A stretch of DNA of 62,450 nucleotides, filler included, from Nemertoderma westbladi (Eukaryota > Animalia > Xenacoelomorpha), in the NCBI GenBank assembly GCA_032718475.1. It is 3 parts of 3 records of this genome, joined end to end, with 100 filler letters (N's around TTAATTAATTAA, not from the genome) between each part and the next. Parts side by side here need not be neighbours in the genome. Positions count along the whole stretch, not along the records: positions 1 to 25,334 come from JAUCBJ010007704.1; positions 25,435 to 54,172 come from JAUCBJ010000117.1; 1 more part is not named here. The stretch is one strand, 5' to 3'. Of the stretch, positions 14,460 through 26,601 are shown piece by piece (the stretch's first letter is position 1; each line of letters opens with the position of its first letter). A program made the translations under genes and the position numbers. The notes under the pieces were generated by a model. That model searched no databases, was not told the DNA's origin, and saw only the letters and a list, made by a program, of their open reading frames with translations.

Positions 14460-16982
14460 TAATAATAATAATATATAATAATAAACATCTTTTATTTCCT
14501 TAAAACTCCGCCTGGTAAACCAATTGGAGGCAGCTAGCAAACAAACGTCGCACAAGCTGATAATTTAAAAAGGAAATAAGCGTCAGTTGTCCAGCAGGGG
14601 TCTAACTATATACGTAAAACATAGACATCAAGTAGGGGCGGGGCCTACTACTAACAACTTTACTGGTATCTAAACAAATAACAATAACAATAAACTAATA
14701 AAAAGGTGAATGCAGCACAGTGCAGTATATACTGTATCCTGTTCCTGGGATTAAGTTATTTCTTCGTATCGAGTGTAGTGTTTCAATTATTTTGCTTTTA
14801 CGTCGCGTAAAAATAATTTATATGTATCTTGTTTTTTAATTTCAGTGGGGATACTATTCCATATTTTAATAAGTGCCACTGTTAAACTGTAAGTTCCATG
14901 ATTTGAATAAGTTTTTGGAATTTTAATATTGTACGTGCGTGGGTTTAGAAGTTTGTGGGAACCAGAAGTTAACAAAGTAATTGGTAAGTATGGTAGATCT
15001 ATGTGTTTGAAAGGGGTGGATAAGTTATGCGTATATTTGTGAAAGAATTTTAAAGCGTTAAATTCTCGCAGTGAATGTAAATTTGGTATTTTAGCAATGG
15101 TGCGAAGTTCTGTGCCGGTGGAATCCCTATTCTTTTTACTGAAGACTACGCGTAATCCAAAGTTTTGTTGTTTCTCTATTTCATATAGTTTTTGTTTATA
15201 TCCATATTGTTTGTGTAATGGTACTAGCAAATCTGAGCAATAATTTTGGTAAGGTAATACTGTAGATTTATATATATTTAATTTTGTCTTCAATGGTAGT
15301 TGTCCTTTAACATTGCGTAGGCATGATATTGCCAGGGCCATTTTGTGAGTAATTTGGTCAATTTGGGCGTGCCAGTTAAGTCTATTATCAATAATAACGC
15401 CTAAGTACTTAATTGAAGTGGATTGTTCAATTGTGTATGACTGTGTTTTTAGTTGTATTTTTTCTATGCTCGGTGTTCTGGTTTTTGGAGAAAGTAAGAT
15501 AAATTCTGTCTTATCCGTGTTGAGATCTAGGTTTATATCTAGTAGGTTACGTTCCAGTTTGTCCACATGTTCAGATAGATTGTGTGTTGCTGTTGAAGGA
15601 TTTGAATGTGATGCAAATATTAGAGTGTCATCAGCATATTGGATTAGATCTAAATCAGAGAAGGCGGATATGTTATTTACGTATAAAAGAAATAGGATAG
15701 GTCCTACTTGGGTACCCTGTGGAATGCCGTGATTAATTTTAGCCCAGTCAGAATGAGTATTATTAATTTTGACTCTTTGCACCCTATCATGTAAGTAGTT
15801 TGCTATTAGGTTGGTGGCAGTAGTGTGAAATCCGAGTCGGGTAAGATTGTTTAATAGGATATTATGATTTAAAGAGTTGAACGCTTTTGCTACATCCAGT
15901 GCTGCAATGGCCACATATTTATTGCTATCTAGTGTTGCTTTCCATGATTCTGTAGTGTAAATTAATGCATCAGAAGTTGCATATCCTTTGCGAAAACCGA
16001 ATTGTTTATTTTTGATTATTTTATTTTTAGTTATATATGATACAATTTGGTTTAGCATTACGGTTTCAAAAATTTTAGCAAATGTGGATGTTACAGATAT
16101 TGGGCGATAGTTGGTAGCATTCTCTCTATCTCCCTTTTTGAAAACAGGGGTAATATTAGTCATTTTTAAGTTTGAGGGGAACTTCGATGTGGTTAAACTT
16201 TGGTTTATTATATATGTTAATGGGTAGGCTATTTTTGTCTTAATTAATTTTATTATGCGTGGGGGAATTGTGGAGGGACCAGCAGATTTATTCGTATTTA
16301 GTTTATCCAAGATGGTTAAGAGATCAGTTACAGTGATATTGTGAAATGAAAAAGTATCATTGCACAATGGAGTATGTGTGTTAACAGGTAGTGTTTGTTT
16401 TGTGATATTTCTAGTCTGTAGTCCCAGTGTTAAAAATGTCGAGTTGAGTATATTAGCTATTATTTTGCAACCGTGTTCAATTTTTCCATTTTTAGTTTTT
16501 ATTGTATTAATCATATCGCTCGTACTTTTTTTATTTAAAATTGAGTTAATTATTTTCCAGCGTGATTTTGCATTTTTTGCCCCAGCAAATTTTGATTTCA
16601 TATAATTATTTTTTAATGTGCGATTTAAGTTATTGTATTTATTTCTATTCGTCTTAAAGTTTGCATAATCATCATCAGTTTTAGTTGTTCTCCAGATATA
16701 TAGTGAGTCCATTTTTTGTTTATTTAGTTGTTTTAGTTCCTGTGTTTCCCATGCATTTTTGTTTGTAGTGTTCTTAGTTCTGTTTTCTGTTATTGTTTTT
16801 GTTGTTATAGGAGCATGTCTGTTTAGTACGTTTTCAATTTCATGTTCGAAGTAATTATATGATTTGTCAATGTCCGCGTTATTGTATAGTGGGGCCCAAT
16901 TTATTTGCGATATATCCTGCAAGAACATTTTTTCTGAGAACTGTTTATAATCTCTGTATGTTATTCTTATGCTACTTTTTTT
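14460..16982 (-). mobile_element. 5'-truncated L2/CR1-group LINE with open reverse-transcriptase frame
   Basis: ORF 14787-17057 carries NYRPISV, QFGFRKG, LDVAKAFN, GIPQG, QYADD and KYLGV motifs and lacks the APE endonuclease domain. It has a 3' UTR with AATAAA and an (ATT)n tail ending near 14460. Confidence 0.9.
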
Positions 16983-17237
16983 GGACGTGGGTGTCGCGCT
17001 TAGATTGTAAGGAGACCCTCCATAGACAAACGTAGTGTTAGTTGGGTCCCTCCTCATTCAATATCATCAACTCCCTCCCACCTAACATAGCAGTGAGTAA
17101 CCTTATAGATTATTGTCATAGGATTCACTGGGAAGAGCTATTCATCTGGTGGGGTAATACATTATACAAACTTACAGTTGATGTTTGATTACTGTCTGGG
17201 TTAGAGTGAGATAGTAATAAATTTGGCAAGTAATATA

Positions 17238-17490
17238 CAGTCGGGGTCTCAAAGTGCATCTGTTCTTTGAGATTTTCTCAAAGTTTTTCTAAAAGTGTCT
17301 AAAAGTCATTACATTACTCCCAACGGCCGCTTTGAATTCTTGTAGACACTTTTAGTTGGGAATCTCAAAGTGATTTCCTACTTTTAGGCACTTTTAATTC
17401 TTTGAATTCTTTGAGAAATATCACTTTGAGGTAATTTACGACACTTTGAATTCTTTGAGAAAATCAACTCCGAGGTATTCCTGATTGACA
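17238..17490 (+). mobile_element. TA|CAGT-starting terminal repeat region built of CTTTGAGA/TCTCAAAG modules
   Basis: TA at 17236-37 then CAGTCGGGGTCTCAAAG; 17258-17310 is an inverted match to 25285-25334. Confidence 0.45.
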
Positions 17491-17675
17491 GCTCGTGGTA
17501 ACACAGGCAACAGGCACACTTGGGGAACAATATCCTGCGGGCAAGAAAGTGATACTTGGGTGTTACCTTGCCAGTTGTAGCCTAAGCTGTTCCCATTAAT
17601 TACATTATATACATACATACATTATAGTATGTTGTTTAGTTATAATCAGAATGTTATGCTGTAATAGGTTTTACA

Positions 17676-18035
17676 GACCCAATTATAAAGACCTGCATAA
17701 TCTTGTTACATGTGTTAACTTTCGTTAATTGTTTTGAATCCCCCGTCACGCCTCTGTAACTTGCTCCTTTACTAACCTGCTCCTTTAAATAGCAATGGTA
17801 CATAACGCTCATTGTGACCTGTACAAAACAAAGAGGTAAAGTCGCGTTACGTCTCAAAGAGCGTTAGGTTCCAAAGAGCTTTAGGACCCATTGCCAGAGA
17901 GCGTGAGGTCACATTGCCATTTAAAGGAGCAGGTTAGTAAAGAAACAGGTTACAGAGGCGTGTTGGGGAACCAAAACAATAAACGAAATTTAACACATGT
18001 GTTTTGTATCTGTACAGGTCTTTATTATTTGGGTC
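17676..18035. mobile_element. Palindromic MITE-like element (~360 bp)
   Basis: Arms gacccaattataaagacctg...acctgctcctttaaat and atttaaaggagcaggt...caggtctttattatttgggtc are diverged reverse complements. Confidence 0.7.
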
Positions 18036-18169
18036 GTTGGTCTTTGTTTTGTAGTCACTCCACACTGCGGTGTTGCGTGGGGGCCACCAATCCACCCTCC
18101 CACACTCAACTCCCAACTTCCTGGACACTAGGATACTGAGTGAAAGCGTCTGAAACTACTACAGGAACA

Positions 18170-18402
18170 CCATGACAGACTATGGGCTAGCGACAAGGGA
18201 CTGGCGCCCTTGAACATGTAAACTGTAGTACCTACTGTACCACCTACCTTAAAGTGACCTGTGGGACCAGCCCATTATTAGTGAGGTCGGCATTTCTCTT
18301 TATCCTGCCGCTCTCTTTGTATTACAATAGCATACAGCTAACCAATGGCAATGGTCTACCCCCAGTGCGGGAAAGACAAGCTGGCTACCATTGAAATGAA
18401 TA
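18170..18402. repeat. Dispersed repeat family (related copies at 24150-24410 and 24861-24975)
   Basis: The 18170 and 24150 copies share tggcgccct, tgccgct.tctttgtat and aaagacaag.tggct...attgaaatg.atagg. The 24150 and 24861 copies share taccatttgattacataataga. Confidence 0.65.
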
Positions 18403-19536
18403 GGGGGGGGGGGGGGGGATAATATGGTGTGTTCGTGTTCCCATCCTAATGTCTGTCGTCTTGGCTCAGCTAAGCTTAAACAGAGCCACAGCCTACAATA
18501 GAGCTTTACCTAAATACACTTCCAGTGAGCCAAGCAGCAGTGGCGGGTTAGCTCCAAAATGCCCATGTAGGATTTCTTCGAAAAAGGACCAATTGGTTGA
18601 GTTACGAGTTACAGTGAAAAAGTATTCATGATTAGATTTTGCGTCCAGTTTAATAAAAATGAAAACAGGATTCACATTCCGAATTATCTACTAATTCCCC
18701 CCCCCCCCCCCCCCCCCCCCATGCACACTCACCATATAGGCCCAAGTATGATTCACACATGACCTTACATAGCCATCACACCTCTCCTGAGCCACGGTAA
18801 ATAATATTAAATCCAGCGAACTTCTAATTAACTCCAGCGAAATTAATTATCAATATATTAATTATATTCAACGCAGATACACAGATAAAACACAATAATT
18901 ATTTATTACATGGGAAAAAAAGTTAAAATGTTTTCACTATTAATTCTCGAGGCATTATATTTACCGTGTGCGAGCGAGGTTAATAAAGGGTCAAGAAAAT
19001 ATTGAAAATAAAAATGTTCTATGTTTACCTTGCAAAATGACTTGAATTAACTGGCTGTGATTGACAAGCCAACTTGCCTCAGAAGTTTCTTTCATGAATG
19101 CCGCAATTTATATTAGCCATTTTGGTCGTTGTGGCCGCCAAAATGACCAAGTTAATGTTTATTGGGATTGGGACTGTATATGTTAATAATATACAAGCTT
19201 GCGAGGTCACTACGGGATGATTTTGTTGAATTTCTGGCGCACAGTGACAAGCATTCTAACCCCCCCCCCCCCCCCCCCCCCCCACCACCCCCTCTGCTTG
19301 GTAAAAACTTATGCATGAATTTAAAGTATAGTGCAACAAGATTAATATAATAAAATATAAATGCAATATTACTATACATAATATACCAGAAGCGCATGCA
19401 GTTGATATGCAGATATATATAAGGAAATGATAGATAAGATAGAAAGATATGTTAAAGATATTTAAACCTATATAGAGTAGATAATTTATCAGTATAAGTT
19501 ACTATAACATGTTGATTAAGAGTGAGAACCAGTTGA

Positions 19537-21511
19537 TTAAACATTCTTATTGGATTTTCTATACCTCTGGTTCAAAATTGTGTTCGTGGAGTTTTTCACG
19601 GCACTCCATAGTTTTCGAATATTTTCGTTCGGTTCCGGGCGTCGAAAAGCAAACAAAACTTTCTTTGCCCAGTTAACGCGTGCTTGGTCTAAAACGTCTT
19701 TATTATTTTCAAAAGATCTGGACAATGTGACATTAGTATTTAACTCAGAATCCTCAAACACAGATTCCAAAACCCGCAAAAAAACTTACTGCGCGTATCA
19801 CAAGCTAAAGACTTATTTATTGCAATTATATCCGAACGCAACACACCATACGATTCTATTTCAATATTGCTCAGTTCCGGGTATATTTGTTCAACAGTTG
19901 GTGGTATGGTGGTTGACTGGGTAGCTATCGTAGGTGAAGCTGTATGCAGCGTAGGGGGGTGCACATCGGTCGCGTTGGGGGTGGCGGTTTGTATAACGCT
20001 GTGGGGAGACTGTACATGTGCAATGCTATGTCTCACAATGTATTCCGATAGCTGACCCAATATGTTGTTGTTTAGCTGTACATTAGCATTTAGTTGCTTT
20101 AGTACGCTTAACAACTCCGTAGACACAGGATCCATCTGCGCAGTGTCATATGTGGCCGTAGTCCCACCATTGGGAAACCCATCCCAGGCAGATGGGGGAA
20201 GCGGATTACAAAGTTGGTGGTTGATAGGAGTAGTTTGTGGTGCAAGTGAAGTTGAGGGGGCAAACGGATTTCCACGCTGCTGATTGACAGGGGTAGTTTG
20301 GGGGGCAAGTGTAGTCGAGGGGGCAAATGGATTACCACGTTGCTGATTGACAGGGGTAGTTTGGGGGTCAAGTGTAGTCGAGGGGGCAAACGGATTACCA
20401 CGCTGCTGATTGACAGGGGTAGTTTGGGGGGCAAGTGTAGTCGAGGGGGAAAACGGATTACCACGCTGCTGATTGACAGGGGTAGTTTGGGGGGCAAGTG
20501 TAGTCGAGGGGGCAAACGGATTACCACGCTGCTGATTGACAGGGGTAGTTTGGGGGGCAAGTGTAGTCGAGGGGGAAAATGGAATACCACGCTGTTGATT
20601 GACAGGTGTTGTGTGTGAAGTTGGAGACATCATATTGACAGTGTTCTGGTTTTCTCTGAGGACATCATTTGTTTGGTTCAGAAGGGAACTTAAAATTAAG
20701 CATTGTTGTTTTGGTGTGGGTGGTCTTGGTTCAACATCTCCTAAAAAGGAAATTAAATTAATTAAATTAAACAAATTTGTATCATTATAATTACATATAT
20801 CATTATATAATATCAACAAATCTTTGTATTATCTTGGCACCGAGATTACTAACTCGTGAAATAATTGTAACACAATTAATTCTATGTCACTAAGTTCTTC
20901 TAAGCTTTCGGTTATATTATTTAGTCACCTCACAAACTGATTAGTTGATTGACAAAGTAGGCTTACGTTTGCGTACTTTGTGCACAACAAGTATGTCTTC
21001 ACTCAATCAATACGCCTATAGTATTGTCTATAACTTAATAAAATTAATTTATACCTGAAAATATTTCCAATTCGAATGATTCTGATAACACAGTTTCGTT
21101 TATACATTTCGGTTTAGCAGTTTCCTTTCTTTTCCTTGTCTTTGGAGTTTCCATCTTCCCTTTCTTAGTTTTTTTGGCCTTTGCGACCTCCTGATGGATT
21201 CCGATTGTTGTGGGGGGTTGTGCTGTTGGAGGCTGATTCTCATTATCATTATCATAGAAATCAACACCATCACTCTCATCATCATCACTATAACAGCGAT
21301 CTTCATATGCCCGTTGAAACTCAGCAACTTCTGCTCGGCTATTACTTGCGGCAAGTATTTTACCTTCGTGAACTCCGGAATCTAATCGATAGAGAACAGA
21401 ATTCCCCACAGCAATATCGCCACTTGTAACTTTAGAGGAACTGCAAATGTTGTGGGAGCCGTTATTCCATTCAAGGAATATAAAGTTCTTAGGTGGTTGT
21501 TGCCGGGGCAT
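19537..21511 (-). CDS. Two-exon BEN-domain protein (~553 aa if one A is restored); exon 1 21511-21055, exon 2 20740-19537
   Basis: ATG at 21511; phase-1 GT-AG intron 21054-20741 joins the frame (FSG|DVEP). The C-terminus RVLESVFEDSEL...VLDQARVNWAKKVLF...KLWSAVKNSTNTILNQRYRK fits the BEN helical pattern. It needs A7->A8 at 19778-19784. The domain call is by pattern only. Confidence 0.7.
20221..20607 (-). repeat. 63-bp coding tandem repeat (~6 copies of PFAPSTTLAPQTTPVNQQRGN)
   Basis: Units start at about 20272, 20335, 20398, 20461, 20524 and 20587, in frame within the BEN gene. Confidence 0.95.
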
Positions 21512-22046
21512 ATTGTCTTGTCTTAATATTTTTATTATTATTACAATAAATATGTTTAATTAATTAAAATACACGTTGAGAAATGATAAAAGAGATTAAT
21601 AGACTACTTTAGTATAATAAAGTACAACTGATGAACTGAAGGAAAATACCATGCGAATACTGACGTAACTTCTTAAACAAATTAATTTTCAGCCAACTCA
21701 TCAAAAATATCCAGATCAAGAACCAGTGATGCAGCCAATCACAGGCCGTAAAATTGGAAAGTTGTTGTTATAACTGAGATTTGATTGGTTGCAATAGTTT
21801 ATGGCAAAGAAAGGCGGGGAATCTTTAACTATGAATATTTTTTCACTACCAACAGCTCTGATGAGTCCATGCCAACTAACGCCAAGTACTGTGTTAACAC
21901 TGATAAATACAACCTCTTCATTTGTTTTTTTTAACTCTTCCACAATTCTGTGGGCAGTTTAAAGTTGTACTGTATTGTATAGGCTATATTGTAAATATTA
22001 TAACAATTTATGGTATTGCTGATGAGGGTGTGCATATTTGTTGATA
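21512..22046. promoter_or_regulatory. Putative bidirectional promoter between BEN gene and transposase
   Basis: 535 bp between divergent ATGs. It has oppositely oriented CCAAT boxes (agccaatca ~21733, tgattggtt ~21782), CRE-like TGACGTAA (21661) and E2F/GC-like aggcgggga (~21812). Confidence 0.5.
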
Positions 22047-23099
22047 ATGCCTAAGGCAACCCATTACCCATTATTTATTCGACATCGAATTCAGATTTTG
22101 AGCGATAACGGAAAGAAATCTCGGGAAATCGTAAAAATAATAGGAGAAACTGATGCCTATTCTTTACACATTAATGGTGTACAAAGATTCTTGCGAAGGG
22201 AACGAATTAATTGTAAATTTGGGAATAAACAACAGGCAAGAACAGGAAGAAAACCAAAGGTATTAAAAATTGTTTACAAATTTATAGACAAAGCAATAGA
22301 AAAATCTAGGGGCGAGATCACCGCTTTTCAACTTCGTGTTAAAGTAAATAAAGAATTTGGACTCACGTACAGTATTTCTACAATAAAGAGAATTAGGAGA
22401 CAGCTCGGATGGGTTCATGCCAACGCCAAATACTGCCAAATTGTTCGTGAAGTAAACAAAGGGAAACGAATAAAGTTTGCTGAAAACTTGCAAAGGAATA
22501 TATCAATATTAAGAAATATTGTTTTCACGGACGAATGCTGCGTCCAGCTGGACAATTTCCGTAAACAATTTTTCATTAGACGTGGTGATGCTTTTATGAG
22601 ATTACGATCTAAAGCCAAATATCCCTCAAAAGTTCATATTTATTCAGGAATAAGCTGGGAAGGAAAAACATCTTTAGCAATAATTCCAGGGAAAACCAGA
22701 ATTAACTCCGTAAAATACTGTAGAATGTTGAAGGAGGTTATATTACCATTTGTAAAAAGAACTTACGCGACTAAGGATTATATTTTACAAGCGGATTCAG
22801 CTCCTTGCCATACCAGTAAATTTACTGTCAAATTTATTAACGAAGAAGGTATCAACTACAACAAAGAGTTCTGGCCGGCGGAAAGTCCGGATATGAATCC
22901 AATCGAGTCTGTGTGGCATGAGTTGAAGGAATTTCTTCGAAATACGTACCAGCCACAAACTCTTGGAGAACTTAAAGATGGAATAAAAAAGTTCTGGGAC
23001 ACCAAACTCACAATCGAAAAGTGTCGCAAATATATTATGCACATTCCCAAAGTAATACCTATGGTTCTTGGAAATAACGGCGGACCCACTCTGGGCTAA
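22047..23099 (+). CDS. IS630/Tc1/mariner-superfamily transposase, intact 350 aa, DD36E spacing
   Basis: N-terminal HTH region with GRKPK linker; catalytic motifs VFTDE, LQADSAPCH and WPAESPDMNPIE, with 36 residues counted between the second D and E; no stops. Confidence 0.95.
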   Translation: MPKATHYPLFIRHRIQILSDNGKKSREIVKIIGETDAYSLHINGVQRFLRRERINCKFGNKQQARTGRKPKVLKIVYKFIDKAIEKSRGEITAFQLRVKVNKEFGLTYSISTIKRIRRQLGWVHANAKYCQIVREVNKGKRIKFAENLQRNISILRNIVFTDECCVQLDNFRKQFFIRRGDAFMRLRSKAKYPSKVHIYSGISWEGKTSLAIIPGKTRINSVKYCRMLKEVILPFVKRTYATKDYILQADSAPCHTSKFTVKFINEEGINYNKEFWPAESPDMNPIESVWHELKEFLRNTYQPQTLGELKDGIKKFWDTKLTIEKCRKYIMHIPKVIPMVLGNNGGPTLG

Positions 23100-23509
23100 A
23101 CTCGTAGTTTGATTAGAGTACTTCATTCAATTTTCGTGTGTATTGATTCCTTGTATTTTGATTTTAGGTACAGTTTTCATATGATATTATATGTTTTATA
23201 ATAATGTAATTTGTATAAGTGTATGTAATAATTTGATTGGCTATGTGTGCAATTTCGCAAAAGACACTTTATTAATACGTTTATAAAAAATTTACAGGCA
23301 AAATGGAAAATTTCGGCTTCATGGCGACAACGACGTCAAACACAATTAGTTAAACTCATCTTTGACCTTGGGGTCCTTTTCATCAGATAATGAAACTATA
23401 ATAATACGGGTCATGTTGTATCTCAATGATATTACGGCGCTGTGAATTATACAATATTTGAATCAATACCCAAACTATAGAGCGACCTTAAGTACAATTT
23501 CAATGTCTA

Positions 23510-23735
23510 CACCATGTCCTGGAATATAGTGTCGTTATTCAGAACTTTTGACCCATCATATCTCAGCTATTTCCCAACCAAATTCAAATATTTTTACATT
23601 TTTGGAATCCGTGCATGGAAACTATCTAAATTTCAAATTTCATGCAATCTCATTAAGATTTGTAGAAAAATTTGAGGGGGGGGGGGGGGGGGTCCAGGTA
23701 CTTGAAATAACGACACTATATTCCAGGACATAGTG
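23510..23735. mobile_element. Tc1/mariner-type MITE (226 bp) or terminal structure of the adjacent transposon
   Basis: 30-bp TIRs CAC(C/T)ATGTCCTGGAATATAGTGTCGTTATT (29/30 match), flanked by TA on both sides. Confidence 0.85.
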
Positions 23736-25334
23736 TAGTTTGGTGACAAAACTGGTGGGGAGTGAGCCCCCCCCCCCCCCCGGCCCCCCTGCTCCTACAC
23801 CTCTGAACTTGGTAAGACTAGCCGAAGCGCAATACATTGGTCGCACCGCGTCACAACCCAAAAACGTTTTACAATACTTTAATTTCAGGTTCTATATTAT
23901 ATGTTCAATCAATTCCTAAGTAAAATTTATAGTAAATTATTGCGCCAGCAAATAACCACGTACCTGTTCACACACGTACATTCAACTTTCATCTCATAAA
24001 AAATCATGTTTACGCAATATTCATGGTCCAGCTTGTTGACTTCGTAAACTGGCTCAGGACTCGGCGGGAAATCCCTGAGTTCATAGTGGTTATCTTGCTT
24101 TGCAATTCAATATCAATAAGCCCATGTTCTGTAAGCTGTTCCCACTGTGGGATACCATTTGATTACATAATAGATATGGGCAGACTGGGCTGGAGCTATG
24201 GCGCCCTGTCCACACAAACCTACAGTACCTACTTACCTGCCTTAACCATATCTATATGGGAACAGGAACAGCTAATTGGTGAGCACTTCTGTATATAATT
24301 TATCTTTATTCATGCCGCTTTCTTTGTATAACACAATAGCATAAAACTACCCTCGGTTTATCCCCAGCATTGCGGCAAAGACAAGTTGGCTGCTATTGAA
24401 ATGCATAGGTAAAGGACATTCCGACGGCTCCAAAACAGTGGCGTGGTGGCCATACATATATTCGGGAAAATTCCCGGGCCCCCTGGACCCCTCTCAGGGT
24501 CAGACAATTATATTGATGTTATAAAAAAATATTTTGTAGGTATTACATTTTTCCATTAAAATATAAGCAACGAAACCAAAACAATAGCTATAAAGGCTTC
24601 ATGTCACGTCGCAGTTAGCAAGCACAGCACTAAACTAAGAGGGCTGGGGAGGAGGAGGGGGGGGGGGGGGGGGGGGGGGTGTTGTATACGTTGGTAGAAG
24701 CACAACCCAGTATTATTCAATATTGAAAAAGTCCCCTCAGGCGTCAGACAAGGCAAACAAACTGTGTTGAAGTTACATTAGTCCACCACACCAGTGCTCC
24801 AACAGAGAGAGAGGACAGGACAGTATAAAATGTGCATCTGCTAATAATAAATGTGCTTGTGGTACCATTTGATTACATAATAGATTTTGGCAGACTGGGC
24901 GGTCGCTCTGACAATATGCATCGCGCACCAACAATGCCTAAAACATCTATGGGAACAGACAATTAGTGAGCGCCAATAATTTCTCAAATAATTCAATAAA
25001 AATTTCTACTGCAGTAACAAATTATTTGTTACTGCAGAAAAATACAATTTTTTATTAATGCAGTAATAATTAATTCTTACTTTCAGTAACAAATATTTAT
25101 TACTGCAGTATTTTTTGGAGGCATTTTTATTGTTTCATATAGGTTTTTATTACTTATATTTTACCCTTTAGTCAAAGTCAATAGACCCCATACCATAGCC
25201 AGCTTCAGGCAGTACTGTATGAAATGACTGACAGTACTACTTTGAAATCTTTGAGAACACTTTGTCATTTTCTTGGACCACTTTTAGAACTTTGAGACAC
25301 TTTTAGTTCTTTGAGAATTTCTCAAAGAACAGAT

Positions 25335-25434
25335 NNNNNNNNNNNNNNNNNNNNNNNNNNNNNNNNNNNNNNNNNNNNTTAATTAATTAANNNNNNNNNN
25401 NNNNNNNNNNNNNNNNNNNNNNNNNNNNNNNNNN
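25335..25434. other. Artificial scaffold spacer
   Basis: 44 N + TTAATTAATTAA (stops in all six frames) + 44 N = exactly 100 bp; identical to the spacer at 54173. Confidence 0.95.
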
Positions 25435-25736
25435 ATAACCTGATTTTGTGATACAGTCGCACAATTTTAATTTGTATCTCATAACTGGGCCTCGTGCTGC
25501 GCGAAGGCCCCACGAACGTGTTGTCTGTGAATTATGGCTAGAGGGAGGACGGGTGGGAGGGAGGATTCGAAGGAAGGAAGGTATAGAAGAACCCAGGAAG
25601 GGAGACCGGATCATGCTGAACATATGGCTGTTTAAAATGCGTTCTTATTATTTAATTTAATTATATAGAACGAAGGTATAAATATATAATTTATTTATTG
25701 AGTATAAATTATAGTTTTGGTTCGAAAACTGTCAAT

Positions 25737-26601
25737 GTAACCTGTTTCTTTCCCATGATTGATGTACTTTCTGTATCGACCAGTTTTATTAAGTATCTTT
25801 ATTATTTTGGTTAGAAAACCTGTTCCACTGAAACCTGCACCTTTCCCATGATTGATATACTTTCTGTATCGACCAGTTTTATTAAGTATCTTTATTATTT
25901 TGGTTAGAAAACCTGTTCCACTGAAACCTGCACCTTTCTCATGATTGATATACTTTCTGTATCGACCAGTTTTATTAAGTATCTTTATTATTTTGGTTAG
26001 AAAACCTGTTCCACTGAAACCTGCACCTTTCCCATGATTGATATACTTTCTGTATCGACCAGTTTTATTAAGTATCTTTATTATTTTGGTTAGAAAACCT
26101 GTTCCACTGAAACCTGCACCTTTCCCATGATTGATATACTTTCTGTATCGACCAGTTTTATTAGGTATCTTTATTATTTTGGTTAGAAAACCTGTTCCAC
26201 TGAAACCTGCACCTTTCCCATGATTGATATACTTTCTGTATCGACCAGTTTTATTAAGTATCTTTATTATTTTGGTTAGAAAACCTGTTCCACTGAAACC
26301 TGCACCTTTCTCATGATTGATATACTTTCTGTATCGACCAGTTTTATTAGGTATCTTTATTATTTTGGTTAGAAAACCTGTTCTACTGAAACCTGCACCT
26401 TTCCCATGATTGATATACTTTCTGTATCGACCAGTTTTATTAGGTATCTTTATTATTTTGGTTAGAAAACCTGTTCCACTGAAACCTGCACCTTTCCCAT
26501 GATTTGTGTACTTTCTGTATCGACAATATAACCAGTTTTTTTAAGTATCGTTTATTGTTTAGGTTAGAAAACACCGCCAGTATAACCTGCTCCTTTCCCT
26601 T
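25737..26601. repeat. 93-bp tandem array, ~9 near-identical copies
   Basis: cttt(c)ccatgattga recurs at 25748, 25841, 25934 and onward with period 93. Confidence 0.95.

Noticed and set aside
25737-26601. Regular repeats resembling a CRISPR array
   Set aside because: Whole units are near-identical with no unique spacers, there are no cas genes, and the context is eukaryotic.
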